Assembly: GCA_030264375.1 (NCBI GenBank)
Contig: JASCQW010000190.1
Location: forward strand, 102,042,904 to 102,106,547
Direction: 5' to 3'
Length of the DNA: 63,644 nt
Source: Carcharhinus longimanus
Lineage: Eukaryota
The position numbers and the translations under genes are program-made. Numbering within the stretch: position 1 is the first letter of the stretch; every line of letters begins with the position of its first letter. Below are positions 39,286-51,680 of the stretch, piece after piece. Below the pieces are notes generated by a model. The model was not told where the DNA came from and did not search any database. It was given only the letters and a program-made list of their open reading frames with translations.

Positions 39286-40324
39286 TGGTATATATTTAAA
39301 AGGGTTGCAGGTTGCTTTAAGAGCTGATTTCATGATTTGATGGTGATGTCATTAGAGTGTTGTCACAGTCTGTTGTTTTACTTTCAGTTTGTATTCTGTA
39401 CTGGGAAGACCTGCTAGAATAAATCTGTTGCTGTTAGTTGAATCATGTGTGCAAACCATATCTTTTTGTTTTGTATGAAACCCACATTCCTAACATAGTA
39501 GGACATTACAAATTCTGCCAAGTGACTGTTGCAAATTTATATTTTTATTGCAAAGAAAAAAAGAATTTTGTACTTATGCATAAGAACTGGAAAACACGAT
39601 GGAAGAAATGTTTCACTTTCACAATTTTAATAATGTGTAAACAGTTTGATTTTTGTTGTTAGTTCAAATTGTCTTTGCATCATTTAAAAGAAAAGGTTTG
39701 GGAAACATTTTAGAAAGTTTCTCTTTAAAAGTCTCAAATTTTCCCTCTTTTAACTACTCAGATCTTTTTATCTAATTTTAGCAATCATTCCATTTTAAAA
39801 TATATTCTGTCACTTAATCATTTTGAGAGTTCCTCATCTGATTTTTTTCTAAAATAAGAAAAGCAGTAATTACATCCACAAAACATCCAAAACTGTACAT
39901 CTTATGACAGATGTTCAAAGTCCCAATGCATCAGAATACCATTTTAATTGTATTTATTGTGAGAGTTGTTGATAGAATTGACAGGATGTTTTTATAGAAC
40001 ATTACATAAAGTATTTGTGTAATAGCGAGGGGAGAGCCAGTCATTCATCAGTTCCTCTGCTGCACACTTATGTTACTAACATCAGTGCACTGTTCAAAGA
40101 ACACTTGCTGTCCTGTGGAAAGGAGCCAATGCTCTTTTCTGATATGACTGACCTTGCTGGAATCAACTCTATGTCAGTCATTTAAAATCTATTCAAAAGT
40201 CTCTTATTCTGTTTTGCTGGTGTAAACAACGTGGTAAAAAAGAATAAAATTATCAAACATCTTTCTCTGATTTTTATTTGAAACTGAAAAGAAAATCAGG
40301 AAGAGCATTTAACAGGCAATTTAT

Positions 40325-40480
40325 TTTTCATTCATGGGCTAAGGACATTGCTGACAAGGACAGCATTTATTGTTCATCCCTAATTGCCCTGAGAAGGTGG
40401 GTCACATTCTTCAAGCACTGAAATCATATGCTGTGTACCCATTGTGTTGTTTGGTAGGGGGATCCAGGATTTGGACCCAT
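40325..40480 (-). mobile_element. LINE-like 3' end sharing its tail with the SINE at 386-729
   Basis: cagcatttattgttcatccctaattgccctgagaaggtgg matches 412-440, then diverges. Confidence 0.55.
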
Positions 40481-40549
40481 GTCTGGTGTTAAGCATTGAT
40501 TTTGACACAGATTGATCATTACTCATTTTACATCTCCACTGCCACCACA

Positions 40550-40848
40550 GTGGCACTGGGGTTAGCATTGCTGCCTCACTGCACCGGGGACCTGGGCTTG
40601 ATTCCTGGCTTGGGTCACCGACGGTGTGGAGTTTGCATGTTCTCTCTGTGAATGCGTGGGTTTCCTCCGGGTGCTCCGGTTTCCTCCCACAGTCCAAAAG
40701 ACACGTTGGTTAGGTGCATTGGCCATGCTAAATTCTCCCTCAGTGTACCCAAACAGGCACCGGTGTGTAGCGACTAGGGGATTTTCACAATAACTTCATT
40801 GCAGTGTGTTAATGTAAGCTGACTTGTGACACTAATAAATAAACTTTA
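40550..40848 (+). mobile_element. HE1-like V-SINE with alternative tail (type B)
   Basis: tRNA head, V-domain and the same tail as 4620-4865. Confidence 0.9.
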
Positions 40849-41319
40849 AAACCAAAGTTAAAGTTTATTTATTAGTCACAACTAAGCTTACATTAACTGC
40901 AACAAAATTATTGTGAAAGGGCAAGTTTGTTTTGTTTGTACAGGACAGGTAGTAAGTCATTATAAATGTTAATGCAGAAAGTAGCAAGGAGAGTTGGGAG
41001 CAAGAGATTCAAAATCATTGTGGGGGTTTAGGGGCTGAAACTCCCAATGTGGGCACATTTTTCCAGGTTAATCAAACTTAGAGTTGGTCAATGGTCAGTG
41101 ACAGGTATAAGGATTCAGCACATAATGTTGAAAGAACTCTCAGTTTTCTACTTTGACCAACAGGTACAAGATACATGCTACCAATGTGAATGAAAACAAG
41201 AATTGCAGCAAACAGAACATGGTGTAGAAAGCCCTTGGAATGGGGGAAATGTGAGACTGAAGGGGGGCAGTATAGTCAGTGGAATGGTCCCTCTATTCAT
41301 TATTGGAGTTCCAAAGGTT

Positions 41320-43950
41320 TTGGTGCCAACCTTGTGCCAGGGTTAACAACATGCCCTCGCACCTGGAGAAAAAGTTGGAGTGGGAGGGGAAGAAAAGGTT
41401 GCAGTCCACATAGGAGCTAACAACATAGGTAGAACTAGGAACCATATTCTGCTGGAGGAATTTGAGGAAGTAAGGCCCACATCAAAAAGCAGGACCTCAA
41501 AAGGAATAATTCCTAGATTGTTACTTTATCACTTGCCAGTTAGCGCAGTGACAAACAAATTAGAAGTTTAAATGTATGCCTGAAGGAATAGTTTTGGAGG
41601 CAGTGGTTTTGTAGAATCTCTACAGTGCAAAAGAAGCCAAACTAATCCACACTGATTCCCTGACAGAATATCTTACCCAGGCCCTCTGTCCCACCCTATT
41701 CCCCTAACCCCACACATTTCCCCTGGCTAATCCATCTAACCTACAGATCTTGGGACAGTAAGAAACAATTTAGTATGGCCAATCCCCCTGACCTGCCCAT
41801 CTTTGGACTGTTGGAGCAAGCTGGAGCACCCAAAGGAAATCCATGCTGAAACGGGGAGAATAGGCAAATCCACACAGCCAAAGCTAGGATTGAACCTGAA
41901 TCCCTGGAGCTGTGAGGCAGTAGTGCTAACCACTGTACCAACATGCCACCCATGTACCACTGTGCCAGCCCATGGACACCAGTACCAGCATTAGAGAAAG
42001 AAGGACAAATTCCACTTAAACTAACTGGGATTTGTTTTCTTATGAATCAAGTAACTAGGACATTAGGTAGTGCTTAAAACTAATGAAGGTGTAAGTGGGA
42101 GGATCAGGAAAGGGAGTATTCAAAGGCAGCAATGGAAATTTCAAGGCCTGAGAGCAGGGCAGTTAACTGGATAAAAATAAGCAGAGTGGGTCAGGAAGGG
42201 ACAGAGAAAGTAACAAATGAAATAGGGCATTCATGGTTAAGGTAATACCAGAGAAAATTAGAAAAAGTCAAAGCTAAAGGCACCATATCTGAATGCACAG
42301 AGTATTCGCTACAAATTGGATGAATTAATAACGCAGTGAAAATTGATACACTTAGCCATTATGATTGCAAAATGACCAAGGGTAAGAATTAAGTATCCAA
42401 GGATATTATCAGAGTGTGGCTCTGATAATAAACAATGAAATAAAGGTAGTAGAAAGAAAGAATCTTAGCTCAGAAAATCTGTTCAGGTGGAGCTAAGAAA
42501 CAATTCTTTGAAGAGCCTAGCAATAATTATAATGCATGATAGAGTATACATCAAGAAATTAGGGATTCATGTTGGATATTCATGAGTATATGGGGGAAGT
42601 GAAGGAGGTGGGAGGCTTAATCTTCATTCAGAATGGATACATGAAATTTGCAGTAATATTCTGCAGGACAAATTCACGAAATGTACAGAACATAGTTTCC
42701 TAAGTAAGTAAATTGGGGAACCAGCTATTTGGGATTGAGTATTAAGCAACAAGAGGAGGTTAATTAATAATCTTGTAGCAAAGGGGCCTCCAAGGAAGAG
42801 TAATAAGGTGATAGAATTTTAGGTAGATCTTCATTGAGTTGAGTCCAAAAATAAGATATTGAATCTAAACAAAGCAAACTATCTATGTATGGGGACTGAG
42901 TTTGCTAAGGCAGCTTGGGTAATTACATTCAATTACATGGGTCAGAATCGTATGCTTCTCCATCAATGGGATTTCATATGGGGGGAACACAAAATTGAAT
43001 CCTTGATTCCCTTTGGGTTCCCACCTGCCTAGACCACATTACATCTGGGAAGGCAAGACTTCAGACAGGAAGCTCATCTTTAGTCCAGTCAAGATCCTTA
43101 AATGGCCTATTATTGGTCATTGAGGGATTGTTTCTTGTTCAGCCTTTATTTTAGGCTGGCAGGGGGATTGAATCTATGTGGAGGAAGGCCCAAATCAACA
43201 GAGTGAGATCCCAGGCAGGAAGGTGAGTGGGTGCCTCCATCAGAAGCCCCTTCTGAAGTAAGGCACACCCTCCTTTAAGATCGTCTAGCCTCCTGACCCC
43301 TTCCCAACAGCCTCTCCCTCAAAGACTCCATCGTTATGCACCCCACCCATGCATCCCCCTCCCTGCCCAGCCTGCCTCTGACATTCCTTATTTTCTCTGC
43401 TCTGGAACCCTTTGAACTTACCTGAGCCTCTAGTGACCAGGCTTCATCTCAAATGTCCTCTTGCATTATTTCCTTTGTCCACAGCACTGCAGCCTATCAG
43501 GTTGGCCAGCAGCTCTCTAAAGTGCGACTTCCTTCCAAGTGAGAGGTGTAAGATCTGCCTGCAATCACTTCATGCCCATTTGTGTGTGAAATGGCAACAG
43601 AACGCTTAGAATTGGCCCGCATGTGCTCCCCTTCAACCATTCAGATCGGGGAAAGCAGCACCTTCCAGAAAAGTTAGTTCATGATCGTAGACCTGGAATG
43701 ACTAACATTTAAAGAATTAATTCATAATTTGCAATAAACTCTTCTTTAACAACATAACAAAGGGGCCTAGCCTCTTCTGATCAATTACAGGGAGTATTAA
43801 GTCAATGGAAGAGGCTTATTATATTGCCAAAAAAATAAGCCTGAGGACTAGGAGGATTTTAGAATTCACAAAAGAGAACAAAGGAGTTGATCGGGAAAGA
43901 AAGAATAGAATATAAGATTGGACTCGCAAGATGCTTAAAAACAGATTGCA
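41320..43950 (+). mobile_element. Old CR1: ORF1 SGNH-esterase region and start of the ORF2 endonuclease, with nested insertions
   Basis: VAVHIGANNIGRTRNHILLEEFEE...SRTSK (ORF1 esterase) and KLKAPYLNAQSIRYKLDELITQ at about 42270 (APE start). Interrupted by a SINE at 41610-41968 and by an unrelated segment at about 42940-43675. Confidence 0.8.
41610..41968 (-). mobile_element. HE1-like V-SINE (HER1-type tail)
   Basis: Reverse-complement head, V-domain and tail nested in the CR1 ORF1. Confidence 0.85.
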
Positions 43951-46900
43951 TTGGATTACATAGTATATACGGCACAAAAAAAAGACTATTCAGCCCAACC
44001 AGTACAAACTGATGTTTTGCTAAATTTGAGCCTCGTCTCATCTTTCCTCATCCAAATCTATCATTGAAACCCTTAATTTCCCCTTTAAGACATTTATACT
44101 CTTTGTTCCAACCATTCCCCATGGCAGTGAGTGCCACACATTCACCACTTTTTGGGTAAAAACAGTTCTTCTGAATTACCTATTAAGTTCCTTCATAATT
44201 ATTTTATACTAACAGCCTCAAGTATTGCTGTTTCCTGCATCAATCCTTTCCTAATATGTATACCCCAACACTTCTGATATCACCCTTGTAAATCTTCTTT
44301 GCAACCTCTCCAATGCTCCCATATCATAGAAACATAGAAACTTGGAAAATAGGAGCAGAAGGATGCCATTTGGCCCTTCGAGCTTGCTGTTTATCATAAT
44401 CATGGCTGATCATCTAACTCAATAGCCTAATCTTGCTTTCTCCCCATAACCTTTGATTCCCTTCGCCCCAAGTGTTATATCCAGCTGCCTCTTGAATACA
44501 TTCAATGTTTTGGCATCAACCACTTCCTGTGGTAATGAATTCCACAGGCTCACCANNNNNNNNNNNNNNNNNNNNNNNNNNNNNNNNNNNNNNNNNNNNN
44601 NNNNNNNNNNNNNNNNNNNNNNNNNNNNNNNNNNNNNNNNNNNNNNNNNNNNNNNNNNNNNNNNNNNNNNNNNNNNNNNNNNNNNNNNNNNNNNNNNNNN
44701 NNNNNNNNNNNNNNNNNNNNNNNNNNNNNNNNNNNNNNNNNNNNNNNNNNNNNNNNNNNNNNNNNNNNNNNNNNNNNNNNNNNNNNNNNNNNNNNNNNNN
44801 NNNNNNNNNNNNNNNNNNNNNNNNNNNNNNNNNNNNNNNNNNNNNNNNNNNNNNNNNNNNNNNNNNNNNNNNNNNNNNNNNNNNNNNNNNNNNNNNNNNN
44901 NNNNNNNNNNNNNNNNNNNNNNNNNNNNNNNNNNNNNNNNNNNNNNNNNNNNNNNNNNNNNNNNNNNNNNNNNNNNNNNNNNNNNNNNNNNNNNNNNNNN
45001 NNNNNNNNNNNNNNNNNNNNNNNNNNNNNNNNNNNNNNNNNNNNNNNNNNNNNNNNNNNNNNNNNNNNNNNNNNNNNNNNNNNNNNNNNNNNNNNNNNNN
45101 NNNNNNNNNNNNNNNNNNNNNNNNNNNNNNNNNNNNNNNNNNNNNNNNNNNNNNNNNNNNNNNNNNNNNNNNNNNNNNNNNNNNNNNNNNNNNNNNNNNN
45201 NNNNNNNNNNNNNNNNNNNNNNNNNNNNNNNNNNNNNNNNNNNNNNNNNNNNNNNNNNNNNNNNNNNNNNNNNNNNNNNNNNNNNNNNNNNNNNNNNNNN
45301 NNNNNNNNNNNNNNNNNNNNNNNNNNNNNNNNNNNNNNNNNNNNNNNNNNNNNNNNNNNNNNNNNNNNNNNNNNNNNNNNNNNNNNNNNNNNNNNNNNNN
45401 NNNNNNNNNNNNNNNNNNNNNNNNNNNNNNNNNNNNNNNNNNNNNNNNNNNNNTGAGATCCCCTCTCATTCATCTGAACTCTAGCGAAAACAATCCGAAC
45501 CTAGTCAATATCTCCTCATACATCAGTCGAATAGGTTGGCCTCACCAAGACCCTGTATAATTGCAACAACACATCCCTGTTCCTGTGCTCGATAACTCTT
45601 GCAATGAAGGCTAACATGCCATTTGACTTCTTTACCTCCTGCTGCACCTGCATGCTTATCTCCAGCGACTAGTGCACAAGGACACCCAGGTCCTTCTGCA
45701 CACTTCCTTCTCCAATTTACAGCTCTTCAGGTTGTAATCTGCCTTCTTGTGTTTGCTTCCAAAGTGAATAACCTCACATTTATCCAAATTATACTGGATC
45801 TGGCATGATTTGCCCACTCACCCAAGCTGCCCAGATCATTCTGAAGGATCTCTGCATCCTCATCACAGTTCACCTTCCCACCCAACTTGGTATGATCTGC
45901 AAACTTTGAGAGGTTCCATTTTGTTCCCTTGTCCAAATCATTAATATATATTGTGAACAGCTGGGCTCCCAGCACCAATCCCTGTGGCACCCCATTAGTT
46001 ACTGCCTGCCAATTTGAAAAGCACCCATTAATTCCTACTCTTTGTTCCCTCACTGCCAACTAGTTTTCTATCCATCTCAATACACTTCTGCCAATCCAAG
46101 CACTTGAATCTTGCATAATAGTTTCTTGTGTGGAGCTTTGTCAAACGCTTTCAGAAAGTCCAAATATACCACATCTACTGGTTCCCCCTCATCAACTCCA
46201 CTTGTTACATCTTCAAAGAATTCCAACAGATTTGTCAAGCATGATTTCCTTTTCATAAATCCATGCTGACTCTGTCTGATCCTGTCACTGCTTTCTAAAT
46301 GCTTTGCTATTTAATCCATAAGCATAGATTCGAGAATTCTCCCCACTACCGACGTTAAGCTTACTGGTCTATAATTCCTTACTCTCTCGCTACCTTCCTT
46401 TTTGAATATTGGAGTGACATTAACTACTCTCCTACCTGCAGGGACTGTTCCAGAGTCTATAGAATCCTAGAAGATGACCACCAATACATCCATTATTCCT
46501 ATAGCCACTTTCTTAAGCACTCTGGGCTGTAGATTATCAGGCCCTGGGGATTTAGCCGCCTTCAATCCCACCACAATTTCTCTAGTAATATTGATCTCCC
46601 TCAATTCTTCCCTCTCACTAAATCTTGCATTTCCAACATCTCAGCCATTTGATCTGTGTTGTCTTTTGTGAAGACAGAACCAAGTTCAGTTGCTTGACCG
46701 CTTCTTTGTCCCCTGTTATACATTATCCCATTTCTATCTGTTGGGGACCTACATTTGTCTTTACCAACCTCTTTCTCTTCACATATCTATAGAAACTCTT
46801 GGTGTCTGCCTGTATTCCCTGTAAGCTTATTTTCATCTATATTTTTTTCCTTCTTAATCAATCCCTTGATCCTTCTGTGCTGAATTCTAAACTGCTCCCA

Positions 46901-47420
46901 ATCCTCGGATCTACTTCTTTTTTGGCCAATCTAAATGTTTCCTCCTCGGATCGGATACTGTCTCTAATTTCCTTTATAAGCCACGGATTGGCCCTCTTAC
47001 CCTTTTAGCTTTTGTGCCAGACAGGAATAAACACTTGTTGCAGTTCCTCCATGTGCTCCCTGAATGTTCTTTAATCCTCTTTATAAAATGACAACCTGAA
47101 ACTGCATGCAGTATTGTGTAGGTGCAGTTTAACCAAGATTCAATACAGGTTTTGTATGACAATCCTATCCCTGAAGAAATAAAGCCAAGTGTTTATTTTG
47201 CAATTTTATGGCCTTGCTAACCTGTGAGATAACCTTGTGATTGGTGCATTTGTACTCCAAAATTTCATTTTCATTTGCCTCAAATAGATTTTCATCTTCT
47301 AAGTAATAAATGGCCTCTCTGCCAAAATTTGCTACCACACATTTATCTGAATTTTATTTGCTGATTTTAGCCTATTCTGCAAATTTATTAATGTCCTCCT
47401 GTAATTTGTTGTATACCTCC
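43950..47420 (-). mobile_element. Cluster of minus-strand CR1 fragments, including a long RT segment
   Basis: QRVGINGCFSNWQAVTNGVPQGLVLGAQLFTIYINDLD...SKFADHTKLGG at 45727-46059, VDVVYLDFLKAFDK at about 46140-46180, NYRPVSLTSVVG at about 46340-46375. Separate 3' tails lie near 43955 and 44325. Confidence 0.9.
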
Positions 47421-49669
47421 TCAATATTTAATTCTCCTTTACCAGAGGCAAGAAGGCAGAGCTATAATTTTATTATGATTTCAGGTTTCCCACGGTGCAG
47501 AGCGTTAATGAGTGCAGGCATATAACTATGTGAGCATTGCATGGCAACTCCACCCGATATCAGAACCAACAGAAATTTGTAGTATAAGAGATTGGTATAG
47601 ACAGGGTTAATGCAGGATTTAGTACTGTACTGCCCAAACAGTGACGTGAGAAGGCACATAACCCAGACTTAGCATCAGTGTGATGTTGAGCAGAGAAGTG
47701 TTAAGATTTAGACATGTAGATAAGATAGCCTTTTCTTTGTATCCTTCATTGCCTATGTGTATATAGTTGCAAGTAGTTAATAATCATTCAAATAACTATA
47801 ACGAGTTATTTAAGAGGCATACTGTGCAAACATCATCCCACAAGGTCTACTCCCCCAACATGTAGCTGTGTGTGGACATAGGCAGAGAATCATGTGGGCC
47901 AATAGCAGTCCATGGCAGCACTCATGAAGCCTTCATTTAGACCACTATGTTATCTGTATTTGAGCAAACAAAGTTTGGTGATTAGTTGATAAGCTTGATT
48001 CACTGATGGCATTGCTGAAGACCTATACAGATGCACTCAGTATGCTTGCAATGAAAGCTATGTTGCCACAGAAAAAGTGATCAAGCAACCCCGTTGGTGT
48101 TTCGAAGCCAAGGTTCCTCTGGAACAGCCCTGAGGCATTCAGAAGAGCAGGTGTCAAGATCTGTGCTGAGCTGCTGCTTGTTACACATCCTCACTATCAT
48201 ACAAATGCAAAATCCTTGCCACCAGCTATGCAATGTGTATCTAAGGAGTGTGAGAAAGAGAAAGAAGAGGAATAGAAGGTAGAATAAGAGAGAAAACAAG
48301 CCTGGTGATCTTTCTGTCTCAGCTGTCTGTGAAGAATACTCTGAATGCAATAATCACAACTGAAACGTCAATTCCTCATTCAACAACAGCCTTACCCCCT
48401 CCTTCTGTTACTGTCTACTGACTACAGTGCAAACACAAAAACCATCACAAAATAATCATTCAAGTCAAATTACTATTTCATTAGAAGTCATCTATTCACC
48501 CTATTTATTCCCTCAGTGCCTGTCTCTACGCCAGTCCAACGCCGGCATACCCACATCATCCCTTTTTCTGTCCCATTGTTCTAACACAGTGCAGCCCAGT
48601 AATTACAGCATGTGTGGAATGTTTTTGACTCTCATAGAAGATTACAGGTGGTCATGGTACACAACCTCAAACTCCTCTATGATCCATTACATTGACCTTA
48701 GTCTTTCCAGCAGGCTTTCGAGTTCAGCAAGATATTTTGCTGTACCTACCCATCAGCATTCTTCCATGCGTTGCCCTATTGAATCGTTAATCAGAGTCTT
48801 CTGGAGTGAAATCTCTGTGTACCTCACCCTTAATGGTTTCAGCCATACTGTTCACCATGGCCTCAGCAAAGGGAATTCTATGTTTCACAAAGGTTAGGAC
48901 ATGTCTATTACCAAACCCTTGCCTCATTTTGTTCCCGCTGTCTCCAGCTATGCACCACCCTGTTTAAAAAGGGAGTAGAAAGGGTCAGTATATGTTTTCC
49001 AACCAGTTTGGCTGTCTTGGTTGAATCGCTGGCAGTGTGCAAAAGCTATGAGGAATGAGCATGAGGTTCGCAGCAATACTAAGAGCATGACAGTGAAGTG
49101 AAGTACATCAATTGAGTCCTGATTGGTATAGAGTTTGGAAACTAACTGATGGGAGGGTGTGGTGATTTGACATTAGTGATGCAGACGATGGGACATGGTG
49201 TTTGAAGATTCATTCACTTATCTTGTTCACAAATAAGGGGTCATTGGCCATCTTATAGCACAGTGTCCAGGTCCACAATACTTGACTCCTAACATTGATC
49301 TCATGACTATCTTCTCTTACTGCCTTTTGAGCACATAACTCGAGGGACACTGATATAAGATACCTCTTTACATTCCACCTCCTGCACCTAAAGTAGATCA
49401 GCTGAAAACCCATTCTCTCACTTGCCTTGTGCAATTCCTCACTGTTCCCCAGATCAGTTTTCATTCCTGCTAGATTGCCAGCACCCACTCCAGTGATTGT
49501 GTACCTCACATTTAAAAGATAGAAACTAGAGTTAAGCAGTGCAGACTAATTTTAAGTGTTGATAGGAAGTTACAATTTTAGACCCCATACTGAAACGTAC
49601 AGGTAATAATAATCATGGTCAGCACAGGCTGCAGGTAAAACTCACTCAGATGACTTACCAGCATGAAGT

Positions 49670-49975
49670 TGGCATGCATGGTGGCACAGGAGTTAGCACG
49701 GCTGCCTCACAGCGTCAGGGACCCAGGTTCGACACCTGGCTTGGGTCACTGTCAGTGTGGAGTTTGCACATTCTCCCCGATGTCCGCGTGAGTTTTCTCC
49801 AAGTGCTCCGGTTTGCTGGCACAAAACAAAAGATGCGCTGATTAGGTGCTTTGGCCATGCTAAATTCTCCCTCGGTGTACTGGAACAGGTGCCAGAGTGT
49901 GGCAACTAGAGGATTTTCACAGTAACTTCATTGCAAAGTTAATGTAAGCCTACTTGTGATACTAATAGTTAAACT
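49670..49975 (+). mobile_element. HE1-like V-SINE with alternative tail (type B)
   Basis: ggtggcacaggagttagcac...ggttcgacacc head, V-domain and type B tail. Confidence 0.9.
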
Positions 49976-51049
49976 ATTTCCAGCATTTTGTTTTAATTTT
50001 AGATTCCAGCATCCACGATATGTTGCTTTTACTCAAGCTTAGCTAGAGTTTCATGCAAAGCAATTGTTTATGGATGTTTTACTTTGCTCTTCATAACACA
50101 TACATCATTAGAAATCCCTTTTGTAGAGCTTCATCGTTACAGTCTAGCTATCTAATCAATTATTTCCAAATGTAATACTGAACTGAACTGTAAACAGTAG
50201 TTGATCAGGGATTGGAATGGAGTTAGAAGCTCCTCAGTCCTATCAGGTACGAGCTATACACTAGAAGCCAATAGTTATTTCTGGCCTATTGGCAGGTTTG
50301 TCTTTCAAATGGTAAAATTACATCCGTTTACATCCATTTACATTAACCATTTAACCATTAACATCCTTTCTTATGTTATACACCAGGTTACTTGCCAGGA
50401 GAGGACAAGGAGTCAGATACATGAATTTATCTTTACACCTCTGAACAGTCACTTGAAGGTTTCACGCATAAAAAAAGTGATAATTATATGTCGTTTTGAA
50501 AAAGCATCCAACACATCTTTTCAGATGCAGGTAAACTGTAGGTTTATTTCGGATACGTTTGTTTTTAATTCTCGATTTTCACTTTTCTTCTCTGCGTTTT
50601 AAACCAACCCATCTTTCGCTAAGGTTGTTTCAATCTTTGCCTGCTCTGGTGGGATTTAGAACGCAAGGTTGTACGAACCTCAATTAAATGCCCATCTCAT
50701 AGATAACTTGATTACTCTTACGAGTGACTGACAAAGAGTTTGACTGTAAGAAAGTGCGTTCTGATCTGAAATTACAACAAAAAAACTACAAATGTGTGAA
50801 AGAAAAATGTAGGTTATTATTAGAAAGCTGTGCATTCATTACTACTAAGATTAAATCCTGCTTTCATTCACTTAAGTAAAAATCATGTGAACACGGGCAT
50901 GTCTCAACTTTTTTGCACATGTGTACAGCAAGCCATACAGTTTTGATAATAGACCTACTTAAGACGAACACATCTCTTATGCAAATCAAAATGTTGGCTG
51001 TGTTTCCTCCACGAGGTTTTAGCAGAGAATAGTACACTACTGTAGTTTT

Positions 51050-51481
51050 TTCACTCCAGCCATTTCGATTGAAATGAGGAATCACAGTCACCCGACCGGT
51101 GCCTATTGTTAATGGAGCGTTCCCGATTGTAAGCTGAAGACGGTTTAACAAGATGTTTGATCAAACACACATGAAGCAGCCTTGGGGTAAGCAAGACGAG
51201 GCGGCGAAGCCCACGATGCAAGGCCCCTGCCCATAGCGTGCGTGTGTGTGTGCATCCATTGACTGCACTCACCTCCATGGAGACCCGCCAGCCTTGCATG
51301 GCAGAGACGCCGAAGCCGAATTTGTCGGTGCATTGCTCGCTGGAGCTCTTCACTGTGTTAGGCTGCGACAGGTAGGCACCCATTCTGCTGCTGCTTCCTC
51401 CTCCTCTTTCTTTCTTCTTCCACCTCCAAGCAGCAGCACCACCTCCTCCTCGCTGCCGCTGCTCCTGGGGCCCACAGATCG
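51050..51481 (-). promoter_or_regulatory. CpG-enriched 5' region and 5' leader of PPM1G, truncated by an assembly gap
   Basis: Visibly more CpG than the rest of the window. On the minus strand, 51384-51481 is a GAG/GCA-rich leader upstream of the ATG. It runs into the gap at 51482. Confidence 0.6.
51273..51383 (-). CDS. PPM1G: First coding exon of protein phosphatase Mg2+/Mn2+-dependent 1G (PP2C-gamma); partial gene
   Basis: Translates MGAYLSQPNTVKSSSEQCTDKFGFGVSAMQGWRVSME (37 codons), matching the vertebrate PPM1G N-terminus MGAYLSQPNTVK...SAMQGWRVSME. Good Kozak context (agaATGG). Ends at a phase-0 donor GAG|gtgagt just before the expected DAH motif. The ORF-track continuation past SME is intronic. 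Confidence 0.93.
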
Positions 51482-51581
51482 NNNNNNNNNNNNNNNNNNN
51501 NNNNNNNNNNNNNNNNNNNNNNNNNNNNNNNNNNNNNNNNNNNNNNNNNNNNNNNNNNNNNNNNNNNNNNNNNNNNNNNNN

Positions 51582-51680
51582 GAACAGGTGCCAGAGTGTG
51601 GCAACTAGAGGATTTTCACAGTAACTTCATTGCAATTTTGATGCAAGCCTGCTTGTGACTAATAAATAAACTTTACTTTG
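51582..51680 (+). mobile_element. Type B V-SINE tail immediately after a gap
   Basis: The first 54 nt are identical to 49883-49936. Confidence 0.85.

Noticed and set aside
48531-48559. CpG-rich 29-mer ccagtccaacgccggcatacccacatcat
   Set aside because: Resembles, from memory, the extreme end of a shark Penelope repeat. Too short to support as a feature.
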